From contig JAKBMK010000025.1 in the NCBI GenBank assembly GCA_021831595.1, positions 63,114 to 127,113 on the forward strand: DNA of 64,000 nucleotides. The letters run 5' to 3'. The stretch comes from a bacterium (GTDB taxonomy: Bacteria; Patescibacteriota; Minisyncoccia; Phycocordibacterales; UBA9973). Below the pieces are notes generated by a model that saw nothing but the letters and a program-made list of their open reading frames with translations, was not told the origin of the DNA and did not search any database. Positions 61,005 to 64,000 of the stretch are shown here, piece after piece (positions within the stretch are counted from its first letter, which is position 1; every line of letters starts with the position of its first letter). The position numbers and the translations under genes were made by a program.

Positions 61005-62024
61005 ATGGAAATAAAGGAATATATAAATATAAAGCCATTTTCGAGCCTTAAAGTAGGCGGGCAGTTTCGATATTTTTCTGTTATATCTAAAATAGAAGAT
61101 TTAAAAGAAGCTATTAATTTTGCCAAAGAGAAAAATGTAAAAATTTTTGTTCTTGGTGGAGGTTCAAACATTGTCTTTTCAGATGGAATTATAGATGTGC
61201 TAGCTCTCAAAATTGAGATGAAAGGTTTCGCAGTAGTTTTAGAGAGTGATGGCTATACAGATATCAAAGTTGGTGCTGGAGAAATTTGGGATGAAGTTGT
61301 TTCTCGTACGGTAGATATGGGTTTATCAGGGATAGAATCGTTATCCGCAATTCCTGGAACAGTTGGGGCAAGTCCAGTGCAGAATATCGGAGCATATGGG
61401 TCTGAAATTAAAGACACAGTAACAGAAGTAGAAGTCTACGAAATTACAACAGGTAAGATTTTTAATATTGAAAACAAAGATTGTAGATTTGGCTACAGAG
61501 ATAGTGTTTTCAAGAATGAAGCTAGGGGTAGATACATCATAGCGAATGTTATCTATAGATTGACCAAATCAAATCCATCTATACCCAAGTATCCAGATGT
61601 TTTAAAATACTTTGAAGAAAGAGAAATATATGGCCCCACATTGTCTCAAATTAGAGAAGCTATCATTTTTATACGCAGAAACAAACTTCCAAATCCAAAT
61701 GAAATTCCAAACGTTGGTTCATTCTTCAAGAATCCAATAGTTCAGAATGGAGTTGCAGATAATATTAAAAGAGATTTTCCTAATGCAAAATTCTTCGCGC
61801 TAGATGATGGGTTTACCAAGGTTCCAGCTGGTTGGCTCATAGAGAATGCAGGGCTTAAAGGCAAGGTCTTTGGCAACGTCTCTGTTTATGACAAGAATGC
61901 TTTAGTCTTAGTAAACAGTGGAGAAGCAACAAGCGAGGATGTAGTAAATGCTCGTAATGAAATAGTAAAAGTAGTGAAAGAAAAATTTGGCATTACGCTT
62001 GAACAAGAGCCAGAGATTGTATAA
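61005..62024 (+). CDS. murB: UDP-N-acetylenolpyruvoylglucosamine reductase
   Basis: LGGGSN, IPGTVGASPVQNIGAYG, YRDS, GSFFKNP. Confidence 0.95.
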   Translation: MEIKEYINIKPFSSLKVGGQFRYFSVISKIEDLKEAINFAKEKNVKIFVLGGGSNIVFSDGIIDVLALKIEMKGFAVVLESDGYTDIKVGAGEIWDEVVSRTVDMGLSGIESLSAIPGTVGASPVQNIGAYGSEIKDTVTEVEVYEITTGKIFNIENKDCRFGYRDSVFKNEARGRYIIANVIYRLTKSNPSIPKYPDVLKYFEEREIYGPTLSQIREAIIFIRRNKLPNPNEIPNVGSFFKNPIVQNGVADNIKRDFPNAKFFALDDGFTKVPAGWLIENAGLKGKVFGNVSVYDKNALVLVNSGEATSEDVVNARNEIVKVVKEKFGITLEQEPEIV

Positions 62025-62061
62025 TTGATTTTATGTGAATTTCTAGTATACTTGTTCTATT

Positions 62062-62142
62062 GCCGGGGTGGCGTAATGGTAGCCGCGCTCGACTCAAAAT
62101 CGAGTCTCGCAAGAGGTGGAAGTTCAAGTCTTCTCCCCGGCA
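62062..62142 (+). tRNA. tRNA-Leu(CAA)
   Basis: GCCGGGGTGGCGTAATGGTAG...CTCAAAA loop, long variable arm, TTCAAGT, CCCCGGCA; CCA not encoded. Confidence 0.93.
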
Positions 62143-62145
62143 CAG

Positions 62146-63276
62146 ATGAATAATTCGCTTTCATATATAGAAATCTCAAAAGAGAATTTGATGCACAATA
62201 TCAAGCAATTTAAGGGTTTGCTTAAGAAGGATACAAAAGTAGCAGCTGTTATCAAGGCCAATGCTTATGGCCACGGCGATAAAGAAGTGGCTAAAATAGC
62301 TAGTCCTTATGTGGATTATTTTCAAGTAGATAGTATAGAAGAAGCAAAGAGGGTACGAAGTGTCAGTAAAAAATCAATACTTATATTTGGATATACAAAT
62401 CAAGATGGCATAAGGCAGGCAATAAAACTCAATGCTATTCTTTCTGGTTTTGATCTTGTGCACTTGCTTCTGATAAATCACGTAGCAGGGTCTTTGAAAA
62501 AGAAAGTGAAGGTTCACCTGGCTATAGATTCTTATTTGGGGAGAGAAGGAGTAATGCCTTCACAAGTAGAGAATATAATTAAAGAAATAAAAAATCTGAA
62601 GAATATTATTCTTGATGGAGTGTATTCACACTTTGCGAACATTGAAGATACGATGAATACGACTCACGCTAACAGGCAGATAGATACATACCATAAATGC
62701 GTCGAAATATTCAGAACAAATGGATACAAGAATATAAATACTCACATATCTGCAACTTCTGGAATTCTTGTGTATGAAAAAGGGGAGAATCTGCACAGCA
62801 TCGTTCGTCTTGGTATTGGGCTCTATGGTATGTGGCCAAGTGAACACCTAGAGTATTTGAATAAAAAGAAAATAAATTTGAAACCAGTTCTAAAGTGGGT
62901 GACTCACATCGCTCAGGTAAAGATTATTCCTGCCAATCATCCTATTGGCTATGGACTTACATATATAACAAAGAAAAACACGAAGATTGCTGTAGTACCG
63001 CAAGGGTACTTTGACGGACTAACTCGTACAATGTCGAATAACGGCGAATTCCTTATAAAGGGAAAGAAAGCTAAAATACTTGGCAGAGTCGCGATGAATA
63101 TGACGGTTGTAGACGTCTCAAATATCAAAGATGTAATACCAGGAGATGAAGTGGTGATAATCGGAGCCCAAGGTAAGATTCAAATAACCGCCGAAGATGT
63201 AGCCAAAAAGATGGATACTATAAACTACGAGGTAACTACCAAGATTAGTGCGCTGCTCCCTAGGATTATTGCTTAA
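62146..63276 (+). CDS. alr: alanine racemase
   Basis: AVIKANAYGHG PLP lysine motif, YSHFA, VRLGIGLYG, TINYE; start placed after the tRNA. Confidence 0.95.
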   Translation: MNNSLSYIEISKENLMHNIKQFKGLLKKDTKVAAVIKANAYGHGDKEVAKIASPYVDYFQVDSIEEAKRVRSVSKKSILIFGYTNQDGIRQAIKLNAILSGFDLVHLLLINHVAGSLKKKVKVHLAIDSYLGREGVMPSQVENIIKEIKNLKNIILDGVYSHFANIEDTMNTTHANRQIDTYHKCVEIFRTNGYKNINTHISATSGILVYEKGENLHSIVRLGIGLYGMWPSEHLEYLNKKKINLKPVLKWVTHIAQVKIIPANHPIGYGLTYITKKNTKIAVVPQGYFDGLTRTMSNNGEFLIKGKKAKILGRVAMNMTVVDVSNIKDVIPGDEVVIIGAQGKIQITAEDVAKKMDTINYEVTTKISALLPRIIA

Positions 63277-63303
63277 ATTATAAAAATATGTTATATATAA
63301 AGC

Positions 63304-63462
63304 ATGTCACAAGATAGACTTTTCAAATTGGGCTGTACTAAATGCAAGCGCATTAACTACTGGTCAAGCAAAAACAAGAAACTCGTCACTAAGAAGATCG
63401 AGCTTAAAAAGTATTGCAAATGGTGCAAAATTAACACTAAACACAAAGAAATGAAAAAATAA
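63304..63462 (+). CDS. rpmG: 50S ribosomal protein L33 (Zn-binding form; absent from the ORF track)
   Basis: MSQDRLFKLGCTKCKRINYWSSKNKK...IELKKYCKWCKINTKHKE. Confidence 0.93.
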   Translation: MSQDRLFKLGCTKCKRINYWSSKNKKLVTKKIELKKYCKWCKINTKHKEMKK

Positions 63463-63487
63463 AAAATCCCCTCTGGGGATTTTTTAT
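63460..63487 (+). terminator. terminator after rpmG
   Basis: AAAAAATCCCC-TCT-GGGGATTTTTT. Confidence 0.7.
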
Positions 63488-63514
63488 TTTTTATGCTATA
63501 GTGTCTACGTTATT

Positions 63515-63585
63515 GGGCGATTAGTTTAGTGGTAGAACAACGGTCTCCAAAACCGTTGGTGGGGGTTCGATTCCTCCATCGCCCG
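63515..63585 (+). tRNA. tRNA-Trp(CCA)
   Basis: GGGCGATTAGTTTAGTGGTAGAAC, ACGGT-CTCCAAA-ACCGT, GGTTCGATTCC, ATCGCCCG. Confidence 0.95.
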
Positions 63586-63588
63586 CAT

Positions 63589-64000
63589 TTATTTCAAAAA
63601 GTCTTTTACTTGCTTTAAAGCGAATGCTTTTTCGTGGATTTCGAGAGGGTTAATCCATATGGTGGCTTTATCTCTTTTGAACCATGTCTTCTGGCGTTTA
63701 GCGAAATGCCAAATCTCAGTATTTAATTTTTCTATCATTTCTTCTTTGCTTAATTTATTTTGTAAATGGAGTGAGACGTATCGATACTCGAGTCCGAACG
63801 CTTCAAGCCTCTTCCATGAGACTTTTTCTTTTTCATGTAAGTCCTTTATTTCTTTTATCATCCCTTTCTTTATACGAGCAGATAGGCGAGTCTTAATTCT
63901 CTCTTTTAGAATTTCAGGAGGTAGCTCTAGTCCGATTTTTAAAACTTCTAATTTATTATTACCGGCAACATTTTCTGCAGGTGCAGAAAATGTTGCCGTA
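63589..64000 (-). CDS. miaA: tRNA dimethylallyltransferase, C-terminal part (5' partial)
   Basis: frame open to the window end; LKERIKTRL..GMIKE, FGLEYR, FAKRQKTWFKR. Confidence 0.85.
   Translation of the reverse strand, partial: TATFSAPAENVAGNNKLEVLKIGLELPPEILKERIKTRLSARIKKGMIKEIKDLHEKEKVSWKRLEAFGLEYRYVSLHLQNKLSKEEMIEKLNTEIWHFAKRQKTWFKRDKATIWINPLEIHEKAFALKQVKDFLK
63963..63998. repeat. perfect palindrome inside the miaA coding frame
   Basis: CGGCAACATTTTCTGCA-GG-TGCAGAAAATGTTGCCG (17-bp arms). Confidence 0.75.

Noticed and set aside
62116-62145. N-terminal extension of Alr in the ORF track
   Set aside because: Overlaps the T-arm and acceptor stem of tRNA-Leu; ATG 62146 is the better start
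322-62847. Many 60-160 aa ORFs antisense to or nested in real genes (e.g. 12190-12645, 19630-20085, 60466-60948)
   Set aside because: Shadow frames of conserved genes with no recognisable motifs
1-64000. Full genetic code 25 or 4
   Set aside because: All long conserved genes are uninterrupted under code 11 and use GGN and TGG; only one in-frame TGA was found

Overview
AT-rich core-chromosome segment of a streamlined bacterium. Trimmed aaRS, SMC and UvrC proteins, TrwB/VirD4-like ATPase paralogues and near absence of Shine-Dalgarno sites point to Patescibacteria (Parcubacteria-like); this is an inference. It holds about 56 CDS: translation (pheS/T, thrS, proS, rpsB, tsf, rpsP, rpmF, rpmG, trmD, tgt, miaA), transcription and replication (rpoB, rpoC, dnaG, rpoD, gyrB, smc), repair (uvrABC, udg) and cell wall (murA, murB, alr, ddl, mreBC). 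There are 4 tRNAs (Thr, Ala, Leu, Trp). I found no prophage, transposase or CRISPR array. Main signals: (1) none of the 56 genes ends in TGA, one membrane gene has an in-frame TGA, and tRNA-Trp has A24; (2) a very compact transcriptional T-box upstream of thrS; (3) an XRE-HTH/MurA fusion with an 18-bp palindrome over the divergent murA/murB promoters; (4) a circularly permuted DsbA; (5) palindromic elements inside uvrA and miaA and over the pheT start; (6) two orphan structured RNA candidates with their own promoters and terminators; (7) widespread leaderless or tRNA-punctuated mRNAs. Product calls rest on motif recognition only; no database searches were run.
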